Position numbers and translations under genes: made by a program. The notes below the pieces were generated by a model. It was not told where the DNA came from. It worked only from the letters and a program-made list of their open reading frames with translations, and made no database searches. From the NCBI GenBank assembly GCA_030833925.1, contig JAURGE010000001.1:79535-143534 (forward strand): DNA of 64,000 nucleotides. The letters are read 5' to 3'. Of this stretch, positions 19,320 to 27,863 are shown piece by piece; positions within the stretch are counted from its first letter, which is position 1, and the number at the start of each line of letters is the position of its first letter. This stretch comes from Alphaproteobacteria bacterium. Its GTDB lineage: Bacteria; Pseudomonadota; Alphaproteobacteria; Bin95.

Positions 19320-20147
19320 CTACGCCGATTTTCTATCCCAGCCCCACCAATCACAAATTGCATCACCCATAACAAGGCGTTGGTCATCTCCATTTAGCCA
19401 TGGGGCGGCAGTAAACATGTCTATACATTCAGTCCAGGAACAGGGCATTTTCGTGATATCAGTCCCCCAGAAAGTTCGCTCTGGTCCAAAGGTTTCGAAT
19501 ACCTGACGCACATAGTCGAGCATTATGGGAAAGGGATATCCTTCGGCTGAATAACCAGGAGCACCCGTCGCTTTTACGGCGATATTTGGGTAACGGGCCA
19601 GCGCCAAAAGCTCAGGCATATGGGTCATGGCGGCGTGGTCTTTTAATGTTGTATTGCCACCGCGGCCTCCCAAGTGGTCGATGGTAATCCTCAAATCCGG
19701 GTGTTTTTCGGCAATCCTTGCAAAAGCAGATAGGCAGTCTGTGCAAAGGGCTGCCACTCGCACTTGGCCCACTTCGGCAGCTTCCCAGATCGGATCAAGA
19801 TCGCCAGAGGAAAGCAGTTCGCGCTCCCGTCCAGCAAGGAATGTGTAGCGAATACCAAGCATACCCGGAGTTTTTCGCAAATTTCGCACTCGATCGACCG
19901 CTCCCGGACCTTCTAGAGGAGGTGAGGCCATGATTGCGAAGCGACCTGGATAGTCTGCAATCGCTTGAATAGCTAGCTGTTCTGACGTGGGGTCCCAGGA
20001 AGGAGGATGAATTACTGCACCGCCGACATTGGCTTCATCCATCAAAGAGATGGCTTCTGGAGCCAAAAAAGATGTTACCTGCCTGTGTGCCATATTTGAT
20101 GGCAGACCCTGTCCCCAAAGATGAATTTGAGCATCAACGATAGACAT
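19320..20147 (-). CDS. amidohydrolase-2 (ACMSD/LigW/LigJ-type metal-dependent hydrolase/decarboxylase) family protein
   Basis: N-terminal VDAQIHLW metal-binding motif and TIM-barrel hydrolase signatures (IDHLG, WGTD). Confidence 0.7.
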   Translation of the reverse strand: MSIVDAQIHLWGQGLPSNMAHRQVTSFLAPEAISLMDEANVGGAVIHPPSWDPTSEQLAIQAIADYPGRFAIMASPPLEGPGAVDRVRNLRKTPGMLGIRYTFLAGRERELLSSGDLDPIWEAAEVGQVRVAALCTDCLSAFARIAEKHPDLRITIDHLGGRGGNTTLKDHAAMTHMPELLALARYPNIAVKATGAPGYSAEGYPFPIMLDYVRQVFETFGPERTFWGTDITKMPCSWTECIDMFTAAPWLNGDDQRLVMGDAICDWWGWDRKSA

Positions 20148-20203
20148 TATTCATTGTTCCCAGCAGACATTGTTTGTTTTAACGCAGAACGCTTAAGGGT
20201 TAT

Positions 20204-21301
20204 TTAGTCGAACATGATGACTGATCGAGCAATTTCACCCTTTTTCATTTCCTCAAAGGCGTCATTCACGTCCTCAAGAGCGATGTGTTGAGAGACTAAC
20301 TCGTCAAGTTTGAGCCTTCGCTGCATGTAGAAATCTATGTAGCGGGGCATATCGACCCTAAAACGATTAGACCCCATCGTCGAACCTTGGATTTTCTTCT
20401 CTCGAAGAAATTCTGGACCATGCAGTTCAATTTTCGTGCCAACCGGAATCATGCCAATAATAGTGGCGGTACCACCTGGTCGGATCATTCTAAAAGCGTC
20501 TTCGGCAGTCTGCTTCAGCCCAATAGCCTCAAAAGCATAATGTACCCCACCTCCTCCGATCAGATTGCGCACTTGCTTTACAGGGTCGCCATCTTTTGGA
20601 TTTACCACATCAGTGGCGCCAAATTCTTTAGCAAGATTGAGCTTTGTCTCGGAAAGATCTATCGCAATAACCCGGCTAGCGCCGGCGATTGCAGCGCCAT
20701 TGATTGCGGATAAACCAACACCCCCACAGCCTATAACGGCAACCGTAGACCCTGCCTCAATACGTGCTGTGTTTTGAACAGCTCCAACACCAGTTGTAAC
20801 GCCACAGCCTATTAGTGCTGCTTTATCTAAAGGCATATCCTCTCGGATTTTGACTGCGGCGTGCTCATGTACAAGCATTCGTTCCGCAAAAGAAGACAGC
20901 TGAGCAAACTGATGAATTTCTGTGCCGCCTTGAGATAGCCGTGGTTTTTCATTTTCACTTCTCATACGAGATGGGCTTTCGCAGAGGCTCATCTTTCCTG
21001 AAAGGCAATACTCGCAATTTCCGCAGAATACTGAGAGGCAGGTAATCACCGTATCCCCGGCCTTAAAGTCAGTGACCTGATCGCCTACAGCCTCGACTAT
21101 GCCTGCACTTTCATGGCCAAGCACGGTTGGATAGCGCCAGGGGTAGGAACCCTCTGCCATGTGTAGATCAGAGTGACAGACACCGCAGGCTTTGGTCTTG
21201 ATGCGAATTTCACGCGGACCTGGGTCATCGACGGTGATGTTTTCAATTGTCAACGGTTGGCCCGTTTCTCTTAAGATGGCGGCTTTGGCTTGAGCGGGCA
21301 T
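20204..21301 (-). CDS. Zn-dependent alcohol dehydrogenase, class III-like (MDR family)
   Basis: Catalytic zinc ligands (CGVCHSD, GHE) and a structural-zinc Cys cluster (CGNCEYCLSGKMSLC). The NAD-binding GCGGVG motif is present. Confidence 0.8.
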   Translation of the reverse strand: MPAQAKAAILRETGQPLTIENITVDDPGPREIRIKTKACGVCHSDLHMAEGSYPWRYPTVLGHESAGIVEAVGDQVTDFKAGDTVITCLSVFCGNCEYCLSGKMSLCESPSRMRSENEKPRLSQGGTEIHQFAQLSSFAERMLVHEHAAVKIREDMPLDKAALIGCGVTTGVGAVQNTARIEAGSTVAVIGCGGVGLSAINGAAIAGASRVIAIDLSETKLNLAKEFGATDVVNPKDGDPVKQVRNLIGGGGVHYAFEAIGLKQTAEDAFRMIRPGGTATIIGMIPVGTKIELHGPEFLREKKIQGSTMGSNRFRVDMPRYIDFYMQRRLKLDELVSQHIALEDVNDAFEEMKKGEIARSVIMFD

Positions 21302-21319
21302 TTGTATCTCCTCAAACTA

Positions 21320-22096
21320 TCAGTTTTTTTTGTTGCCTGCATAGGTGTTGTAAGCAAGTCCAGCCAGCCACCCGTTATCTACGGGCAGTGTAGCCCCGGT
21401 AATGGCTCGAGCTGCATTGCTGCATAGAAAAACAATGGCGTCTGCAATTTCATCTGGTTCTACGATACGGCGAAGCGTTTTTTGATCTTCCATCACAGAA
21501 GTGTCCCGTTCGCCAGCCTCAACCCGTGCTCTTAGGGCTTCAGTCATAACAAATCCGGGGGCTACGGCATTAACGCGAACACCGCGGGGGCCTAAATCCC
21601 CGGCGAGCACTTTAGTTAACTGGTGAATAGCAGCCTTAGATGGACTGTAGGCTGGGAGTGGGAACATCTCAAAACCGGCTATTGAACCAATATTCACAAT
21701 AGAGCCGGTTCCACGCGATGCCATAACTGGACCAAAGGCCCGACAACATAGATAAGTCCCCCGATAGTTAACGTCCCATATACGGTCATGCTCGGCTAGA
21801 TCCATATCCTCAACTCTCGAACCGTTTTGCAGGATACCTGCGCAGTTCACTAGCGTTTCAACATGGCCTTTCGTTTCCGCGGACTGAACTAGGGCAGCAA
21901 CGGATGCTTCGTCCGCTACATCAATTTTAATTGCGCTTGCATCGCCTCCAGAAGCTTTAATGCGGGCGGCTGTCTCTTTGGCGCCGACCTCATTTACATC
22001 AGCAATAACTACGTGATTGCTTACTTTTGCTAGCTTGAGGGAAGTGGCTCTGCCAATTCCACTACCTCCACCGGTGACGACACTAATTTTCTTCAC
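21320..22096 (-). CDS. SDR family oxidoreductase
   Basis: TGGGSGIG motif and a catalytic YSPSK. Confidence 0.8.
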   Translation of the reverse strand: MKKISVVTGGGSGIGRATSLKLAKVSNHVVIADVNEVGAKETAARIKASGGDASAIKIDVADEASVAALVQSAETKGHVETLVNCAGILQNGSRVEDMDLAEHDRIWDVNYRGTYLCCRAFGPVMASRGTGSIVNIGSIAGFEMFPLPAYSPSKAAIHQLTKVLAGDLGPRGVRVNAVAPGFVMTEALRARVEAGERDTSVMEDQKTLRRIVEPDEIADAIVFLCSNAARAITGATLPVDNGWLAGLAYNTYAGNKKN

Positions 22097-22171
22097 TTTG
22101 AGGCCTTTTCTTTGAAATTTTGTAGAAGTGTAGCAGGCTGTTGTTGGAATTCTCTAGCTTAATGACAAAAT

Positions 22172-22777
22172 ATGGAAACCGTTATGCCCCGGAGTGATGA
22201 TCTTCAGTTTTTCTTGGACGAGTTGAAAACTTCGATTGCAAAATGCCAACCCGCACACGAAATTCAATCAGCAACAACTTTGGCATTCCAACGACTCGAA
22301 ACTCTCGGCCAAGAGAAATGGTCGTCGAACCACTCTGAAGCACCGGCAACGGCTTGGCTAGAACAGGCGATCAAAACTGCCAAGGCTGGTCCTACAGGTA
22401 AGCTAGCAGACGCTTTAGAAAATCTAGCCCCTAAGCTTTTTTGGCAGAGACGGATGGATCGACCTTCGATCCATCCCAAATGGCCGAATTCCCACGCAAA
22501 TTCGGTTATCATTGGTGATACTGGCTTGGAATGTAGGAACGACGTTCGTATTGGGGTAAGTCTTCTGGCCCCTTACACCATTTATCCAAACCATCAACAC
22601 CCACCAGAGGAAGTTTACATAGCATTGAGCAATGGATCTTGGCGACAAAACGATGGATTTTGGCAAACCCGTGGTGCGGGTGGGCTTATCTATAATCCGC
22701 CAAATATTGTTCACGCTATGAAGTCTAACTCAGACCCGTTACTCGCAATTTGGATATTGCCTCTCTCACTCCTGTAG
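22172..22777 (+). CDS. cupin-domain protein with a DddK/DddW/DddQ-like metal and Tyr motif (candidate DMSP lyase)
   Basis: 201 aa: an N-terminal ~120-aa helical region plus a cupin. Cupin motif 1 reads H141-x-H143-x3-E147-x-Y149, and the second cupin His is H181 (38 residues after H143). This spacing is the same as DddK (H56/H58/E62/Y64/H96) and DddW (H81/H83/E87/H121). Confidence 0.45.
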   Translation: METVMPRSDDLQFFLDELKTSIAKCQPAHEIQSATTLAFQRLETLGQEKWSSNHSEAPATAWLEQAIKTAKAGPTGKLADALENLAPKLFWQRRMDRPSIHPKWPNSHANSVIIGDTGLECRNDVRIGVSLLAPYTIYPNHQHPPEEVYIALSNGSWRQNDGFWQTRGAGGLIYNPPNIVHAMKSNSDPLLAIWILPLSLL

Positions 22778-22804
22778 GTTGCGTAAAAACCAAAAAATTT
22801 GTTT

Positions 22805-24088
22805 TTAAACCTCATTTTTTGGAGCGTATTTGGCATAGCGCACATCAGCAGTAATTGCGTGGGCAAGCATGCCTTCACTTTCGGAGATGCGACTTATTAC
22901 GGGAGCTATATGCCGACTGGCTTCTGGGGTGAGGCGCTGCCAAGTCACGGTTTTCAGAAATTTACCAACCCAAAGACCACCGGTATAGCGGGCGGCTCTG
23001 CCGGTTGGTAAAATATGATTAGTTCCTACTCCTTTGTCGCCATAAGCGACAGTTGTTGCCTCCCCAACGAAAAGGCTTCCATAATTTGAAAGGTTGGCAA
23101 GATAATAATCGTCGTCTGATGTCATAACTTGCAAATGTTCTGAGGCATATTCATCTGCCATCTCGACAGCTTCTTCTTTGCTTTCGACAATTACAACTTC
23201 GCCGTAATCTCTCCATGCCTGCCGAGCGATCTCTCCTGTAGGAAGTGTCTTAAGTTGCGTTTCGACCTCCTTTAAGACTTCTTCGGCGAGCTTGTGAGAG
23301 GTAGTTATGAGCCAACAAGGACTGTCTGGGCCATGTTCCGCTTGGCCTAGAAGGTCTGTAGCAACTAGAGATGGTGAGACGCTGTCATCCGCTATTATTA
23401 GAGTCTCTGTTGGGCCTGCTAGTTGATCAATCCCACATACCCCAAATAGTTGCCGTTTGGCTTCGGCAACATAGGGATTCCCAGGGCCAATTATTAAATC
23501 TGACGCTGGCATGCCTACCAAGCCATAAGCCATTGCAGCAAGAGCTTGCACGCCCCCTAGGGCGAAAATCTCGTGCGCACCCGCTGCGTGAAAAGCATAT
23601 AGGGTCTGCGGATATACCCCATCTGCGTCTTTTGGTGGGGCACATCCAATTATGGTTCCGACATTGGCAACTGCTGCCACCCCGGCTGACATGATAGAGC
23701 CTGCCACTAAGGGGTATTTACCCCCGGGCGTGTAGCAGCCTGCCACTTTAATTGGAATGTGGCGATGTCCCATTCGAGCCCCAGGTCGAAGCTCAATGTC
23801 AAGCTCTGCCATTGTTTCTCGTTGAGCCTTGGCAAAGTCCTGTACCTGACGTAACGCGAATTTAATATCTTCTTTGAAGGTTTCCGGAAGTATCCGTTCC
23901 ACTTGACGTATGCGGTCTTCGGACATCCGAAATTCAGGATTTTCCCATTTATCGAGGTCATATGCATACTTCCGAATAGCATCATCGCCATTAGTGCGAA
24001 TATCAGCCAACATTTTAGCTACTGTTGCTTCAACAGCTGGTCGGTCGAAGCCTTCTCTTTGGTTGGATTTTTTTAAATAAGTACGCAT
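22805..24088 (-). CDS. histidinol dehydrogenase family protein (HisD paralogue; possibly HpsN-like sulfopropanediol-3-dehydrogenase)
   Basis: 427 aa and HisD-like over its full length. There are no his genes nearby; it sits among catabolic genes and lies 20 bp downstream of a SRAP gene. Confidence 0.7.
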   Translation of the reverse strand: MRTYLKKSNQREGFDRPAVEATVAKMLADIRTNGDDAIRKYAYDLDKWENPEFRMSEDRIRQVERILPETFKEDIKFALRQVQDFAKAQRETMAELDIELRPGARMGHRHIPIKVAGCYTPGGKYPLVAGSIMSAGVAAVANVGTIIGCAPPKDADGVYPQTLYAFHAAGAHEIFALGGVQALAAMAYGLVGMPASDLIIGPGNPYVAEAKRQLFGVCGIDQLAGPTETLIIADDSVSPSLVATDLLGQAEHGPDSPCWLITTSHKLAEEVLKEVETQLKTLPTGEIARQAWRDYGEVVIVESKEEAVEMADEYASEHLQVMTSDDDYYLANLSNYGSLFVGEATTVAYGDKGVGTNHILPTGRAARYTGGLWVGKFLKTVTWQRLTPEASRHIAPVISRISESEGMLAHAITADVRYAKYAPKNEV

Positions 24089-24108
24089 CAGTTCTTGGCC
24101 TCACGAGT

Positions 24109-24792
24109 TCAGAATAGTTTCAATTGTCCCATTGGACTTAATGACTTGGCCGGCTTCAGCAGATCTGGATCATTTTGGTTTACGTTGCCCACTCTTCTAT
24201 CAACTTCAACTAACCTAAAACGATCCTCCGGAGCGGGTTGGATCAGTGACGCCGCATCCGTTGTAGATGCTTTTAGCCAAATATCGAATGCATCCGGCGG
24301 AATAACAACGGGCATCCGATGATGGACGTCTTCCAACAATTTATTTGCCTCTGTTGTGACTATGGTGAAAGTCTCCAAATTTTTTCCATCAGACCCCTGA
24401 CTGGTAGCCCAAAGTCCCGCAAATGCTACTGTCTCGCCAGGGTCTGCAAAGAAAGCTTGTCGCGTGCTCCCCTTTCCTCGCCATTCAAAAAAACCGTCTG
24501 CTGGGACGAGGCAGCGAAAAAGGTTGAAACTTTCCTTGAAACTTGGTTTTTCGGCGATGGTCTCACCGCGGGCATTAATAAGGGGAGGACGGCCGGAATT
24601 GGGGCAAGCCCATTTAGGGACAAGACCCCAGCGGAGCTTTGCAAATGTCCTACTGTCATCTACAGCTCTTACCACTGGTGCTTCGTGAGTGGGAGCAATG
24701 TTCCAGCTTGGTGACAAGTTTGGGAGTTCGATGAAACCGAATAGTTTAGATAGATCACCGATGGGCGTTGTCAGCAGGTATCTTCCGCACAT
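24109..24792 (-). CDS. SOS-response-associated peptidase (SRAP / YedK-like abasic-site processing protein)
   Basis: Starts MCGRY with the conserved Cys2. The rest is SRAP-like (WNIAPT, RWGLVP). Confidence 0.8.
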   Translation of the reverse strand: MCGRYLLTTPIGDLSKLFGFIELPNLSPSWNIAPTHEAPVVRAVDDSRTFAKLRWGLVPKWACPNSGRPPLINARGETIAEKPSFKESFNLFRCLVPADGFFEWRGKGSTRQAFFADPGETVAFAGLWATSQGSDGKNLETFTIVTTEANKLLEDVHHRMPVVIPPDAFDIWLKASTTDAASLIQPAPEDRFRLVEVDRRVGNVNQNDPDLLKPAKSLSPMGQLKLF

Positions 24793-24975
24793 TTCGATTC
24801 AATCCTGGTAAGCTCGATTCTTTAAATAGGCCACTATCCATGGTGGATTGGGGAAGTTATTTACTCACAGGCTTTCTGGGTTACAGGCGTCCGACCAAAT
24901 CGACAATCTATTTCTGTCTGGAGAGCCTCATGTCACAATAGGAACTCAAAGCAATCAAGTTCTTCATAGGACATC

Positions 24976-25425
24976 ATGACAAAAGAACTTTCAGAAGCAG
25001 CGCTCGATCGGATTCATAATGTCATTGCTACGGGACCTTTCGGTCGGCATGTTGGCTTGTCAGTTGATGTCGTTGAGGTTGATCGAGTTGTTTGCCGTAT
25101 GAAGGCTTCGGCCGAGATTATGAATGGACTTAACATTGTCCATGGTGGGGCTACGGCTACACTGATTGATACGGCCGCCACATGTGCCGCTTGGGCGACA
25201 CCAGCTGCAAAGCCAACGACGCGAGGAACAACTGTATCCCTAACCATTAACTACATTGGTCCTGGCCTTGGACGAGATATTTTGGCTGAGGGAAAAGTTG
25301 TCAGTCGAGGTGGGATTCTTACCATCGTTGATGTTGTTGCAACTGATGAAGAAGGTCGTTTAGTTGCTAAGGCACAAGCTACCTATAAGCTTGATTTAGC
25401 CCGAGATCGGCGACTTGAGTCATAA
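24976..25425 (+). CDS. PaaI-type hotdog-fold thioesterase
   Basis: 149 aa with the hotdog-fold HGG motif (NIVHGGATATLID). Confidence 0.7.
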   Translation: MTKELSEAALDRIHNVIATGPFGRHVGLSVDVVEVDRVVCRMKASAEIMNGLNIVHGGATATLIDTAATCAAWATPAAKPTTRGTTVSLTINYIGPGLGRDILAEGKVVSRGGILTIVDVVATDEEGRLVAKAQATYKLDLARDRRLES

Positions 25426-25435
25426 AAATTAGTAG

Positions 25436-26590
25436 CTAGATGCTTAAGTCATCTTTGTTATAGTCCCATATGTCAGCGCGGGCCGCGTCGTCCCATCTGT
25501 ATACCAGCCCGTCCTGAAGGTGTGGCGTGTATTGATAGGGCGTTTCATCAGGGAATCGCTGACGGCGCGCATCGATTGCATAGCCCAGCATTCGTGCCCT
25601 GCGCGTGATACGCTCTCCGGTATAAACCGCACGAGCGTTGTGGAGGCCACCCGCCTCGATATTCAATACCGATGACCGACGGTGAAAGCCCATGTTTACG
25701 GTAACTCTCCAGTCTTTGCTGGTATTAGCGAAGCTGCCATGGATTGCTTGCCGATTTGTCATTGCTACATCACCGGGAGCGCAAATAATTGGAACGGCAT
25801 CAGGAAGGCGGTCCGAGCCTGCCTTTGCAGCCATCGCTGGAATATCAACGTGGCGCTTCTTGTGGCTACCTGGCACAACCCAAACCCCATTTGCCGCCGT
25901 GCACCCGTAAACCTGGCCCATAAAATTGAAACCATGCACACCTTCATCCCACTTAGGTGAGTCATAGTGGGTCAACCCATCCCGATGCCAAGCAACTGAA
26001 GCACCAAGGCCTGGTGCTTTGATAAACAAACCCTCATTAAAGGGAGTGAAATCTTCGCCGTTTATGGCCGCAGCGATACGAAGCAAATCTGGGTGGCCAT
26101 AGGCGCGCAGACAAGCATCCGAATATTGAAGCGAGCCAATAATGAGATAAACTACTTCTTCAGGCACACCTTTTTCTGGCGTGGGTTCGTGCATTTTTAC
26201 TGGATGGCGCCCCCCGGCCAAGTTGGTTCCCCCAAAAGGGTCTGCTAAAGGCTTTGACCAGAAAAAGTTTCTTCCACCCTGCTCGACCCCCATAGCTAAC
26301 TCGCCTCTGGAGTCCAAATTTGCCCCTTGTGCCACTGGCAGTCTTGTTTGGATGAGATGAACGTCTTCCTCTAGGTCTTTGATTTCTTCGGGGCGGAGCA
26401 CATTCTGGAAAACATAGAACCCAACGCGCCAGTAAGCTTCAATAATTTCGGGATGCAACTCACCTGTTTCCGTAAACCGCACAGGACCCCGGTTGCCAAG
26501 CTCCATAGCGCGCGCTTCACCCTCCGTCAGATATTCCTGAAAGGCTACTTCATCATCTTTAGGGGTCTTGGTGGAGGTTTTAAGCATCAA
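25436..26590 (-). CDS. phytanoyl-CoA dioxygenase (PhyH) family Fe(II)/2OG oxygenase
   Basis: HxD iron-binding motif (WHRDG) plus a distal His. At 384 aa it is larger than typical PhyH proteins. Confidence 0.6.
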   Translation of the reverse strand: MMLKTSTKTPKDDEVAFQEYLTEGEARAMELGNRGPVRFTETGELHPEIIEAYWRVGFYVFQNVLRPEEIKDLEEDVHLIQTRLPVAQGANLDSRGELAMGVEQGGRNFFWSKPLADPFGGTNLAGGRHPVKMHEPTPEKGVPEEVVYLIIGSLQYSDACLRAYGHPDLLRIAAAINGEDFTPFNEGLFIKAPGLGASVAWHRDGLTHYDSPKWDEGVHGFNFMGQVYGCTAANGVWVVPGSHKKRHVDIPAMAAKAGSDRLPDAVPIICAPGDVAMTNRQAIHGSFANTSKDWRVTVNMGFHRRSSVLNIEAGGLHNARAVYTGERITRRARMLGYAIDARRQRFPDETPYQYTPHLQDGLVYRWDDAARADIWDYNKDDLSI

Positions 26591-26700
26591 TCTAGCTCCT
26601 TATCATTGGAGTATGATCAAGCTATTTGATATTTGGCAATAAGCACTCACTGCCTGCGTCACCAAAGTTTGTGGCAAGCTCGTTACCAACTAATTGCCCT

Positions 26701-27009
26701 TTAAGATCCCGATGCACAATCTACACAAAGAGGGGCGGCTGGGTCAGCTTGAAGTCGACCGACGGATATTGGGTGACTGCACTCTAGGCACCACCCGTAT
26801 TCACCCTGATCAATGCGTTGCAACGCAGCCTCGATCCGAGCCAACTCTATCTGCCGTCGGCGATGTTGCTCCTGCGCCATCGCTTGTCCTTGCAAAGCAT
26901 CAACACGAGACAGTCTTCCAACTCGCGTTTGGTCTAATTCAACAGGTTCACGCGATAATTTCGAACCTGCCTCTAGAGACCTAAGATCCAAAGCCTTAGC
27001 TAACAACAC
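26701..27009 (-). CDS. DksA/TraR family C4-type zinc-finger protein
   Basis: 102 aa with a C-terminal CxxC-x17-CxxC (CLECSHP...CVDCAS). Confidence 0.7.
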   Translation of the reverse strand: MLLAKALDLRSLEAGSKLSREPVELDQTRVGRLSRVDALQGQAMAQEQHRRRQIELARIEAALQRIDQGEYGWCLECSHPISVGRLQADPAAPLCVDCASGS

Positions 27010-27062
27010 AGTCTTCTGAAGATCAACAAAATCTGTGTCATGAGCGTGATCTGTTTTGCTGG

Positions 27063-27845
27063 TCAGCCTTGACGCTCCACCATCATTTTCTTCACCTCAG
27101 CAATAGCTTTTGCCGGGTTAAGCCCTTTTGGACAAGTTTTGGTGCAGTTCATAATTGTATGGCATCTGTAGAGTCGGAATGGATCCTCTAATGCATCCAA
27201 GCGCTCGCCTTTAGCCTCGTCGCGACTATCAGCAAGCCAGCGATAGGCTTGCAGGAGGATCGCCGGGCCGAGATAACGGTCTCCATTCCACCAATAGCTC
27301 GGGCAACTCGTTGAGCAGCAGAAGCAGAGAATGCATTCCCACAGCCCATCTAGTTTTGCCCTCTCATCTGGGCTTTGCAGCCGCTCACCGTCAGGCGGCG
27401 GTGGTGTTACTGTTTTTAGCCAAGGCTCAATAGAAGCTAGCTGGGCGTAGATCTGAGAGACATCGGGGACAAGGTCTTTGATTACTGGCATGTGCGGCAG
27501 TGGGTAGACCTTCACGTCGCCTTTCACATCTTCTATCGGTTTAAGGCATGCTAGCGTATTTGTGCCGTCGATATTCATGGCGCAAGAACCACAAATACCT
27601 TCTCTACAAGAGCGTCGGAATGTGACGGTCGAGTCAACTTCGTTTTTAATCTTGATTAGGGCGTCAAGGACCATCGGTCCGCAGTCATCCATATCAATCT
27701 CAAAAGTATCGATGGCAGGATTTTTGTCATCGTCCGGTGACCAACGATAGACGCGGAAAGTTTTTACATTCTTAGCGCCTGCTGGGGCCGGGTGCTTTTT
27801 ACCCGTTCCTACCTTGGAGTTTTTTGGCAGGGTAAACTCAGCCAT
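27063..27845 (-). CDS. sdhB: succinate dehydrogenase iron-sulfur subunit
   Basis: 2Fe-2S, 4Fe-4S and 3Fe-4S cysteine motifs are present, and the sequence is SdhB-like throughout. Confidence 0.9.
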   Translation of the reverse strand: MAEFTLPKNSKVGTGKKHPAPAGAKNVKTFRVYRWSPDDDKNPAIDTFEIDMDDCGPMVLDALIKIKNEVDSTVTFRRSCREGICGSCAMNIDGTNTLACLKPIEDVKGDVKVYPLPHMPVIKDLVPDVSQIYAQLASIEPWLKTVTPPPPDGERLQSPDERAKLDGLWECILCFCCSTSCPSYWWNGDRYLGPAILLQAYRWLADSRDEAKGERLDALEDPFRLYRCHTIMNCTKTCPKGLNPAKAIAEVKKMMVERQG

Positions 27846-27863
27846 AATTTTATACCCCCTACC

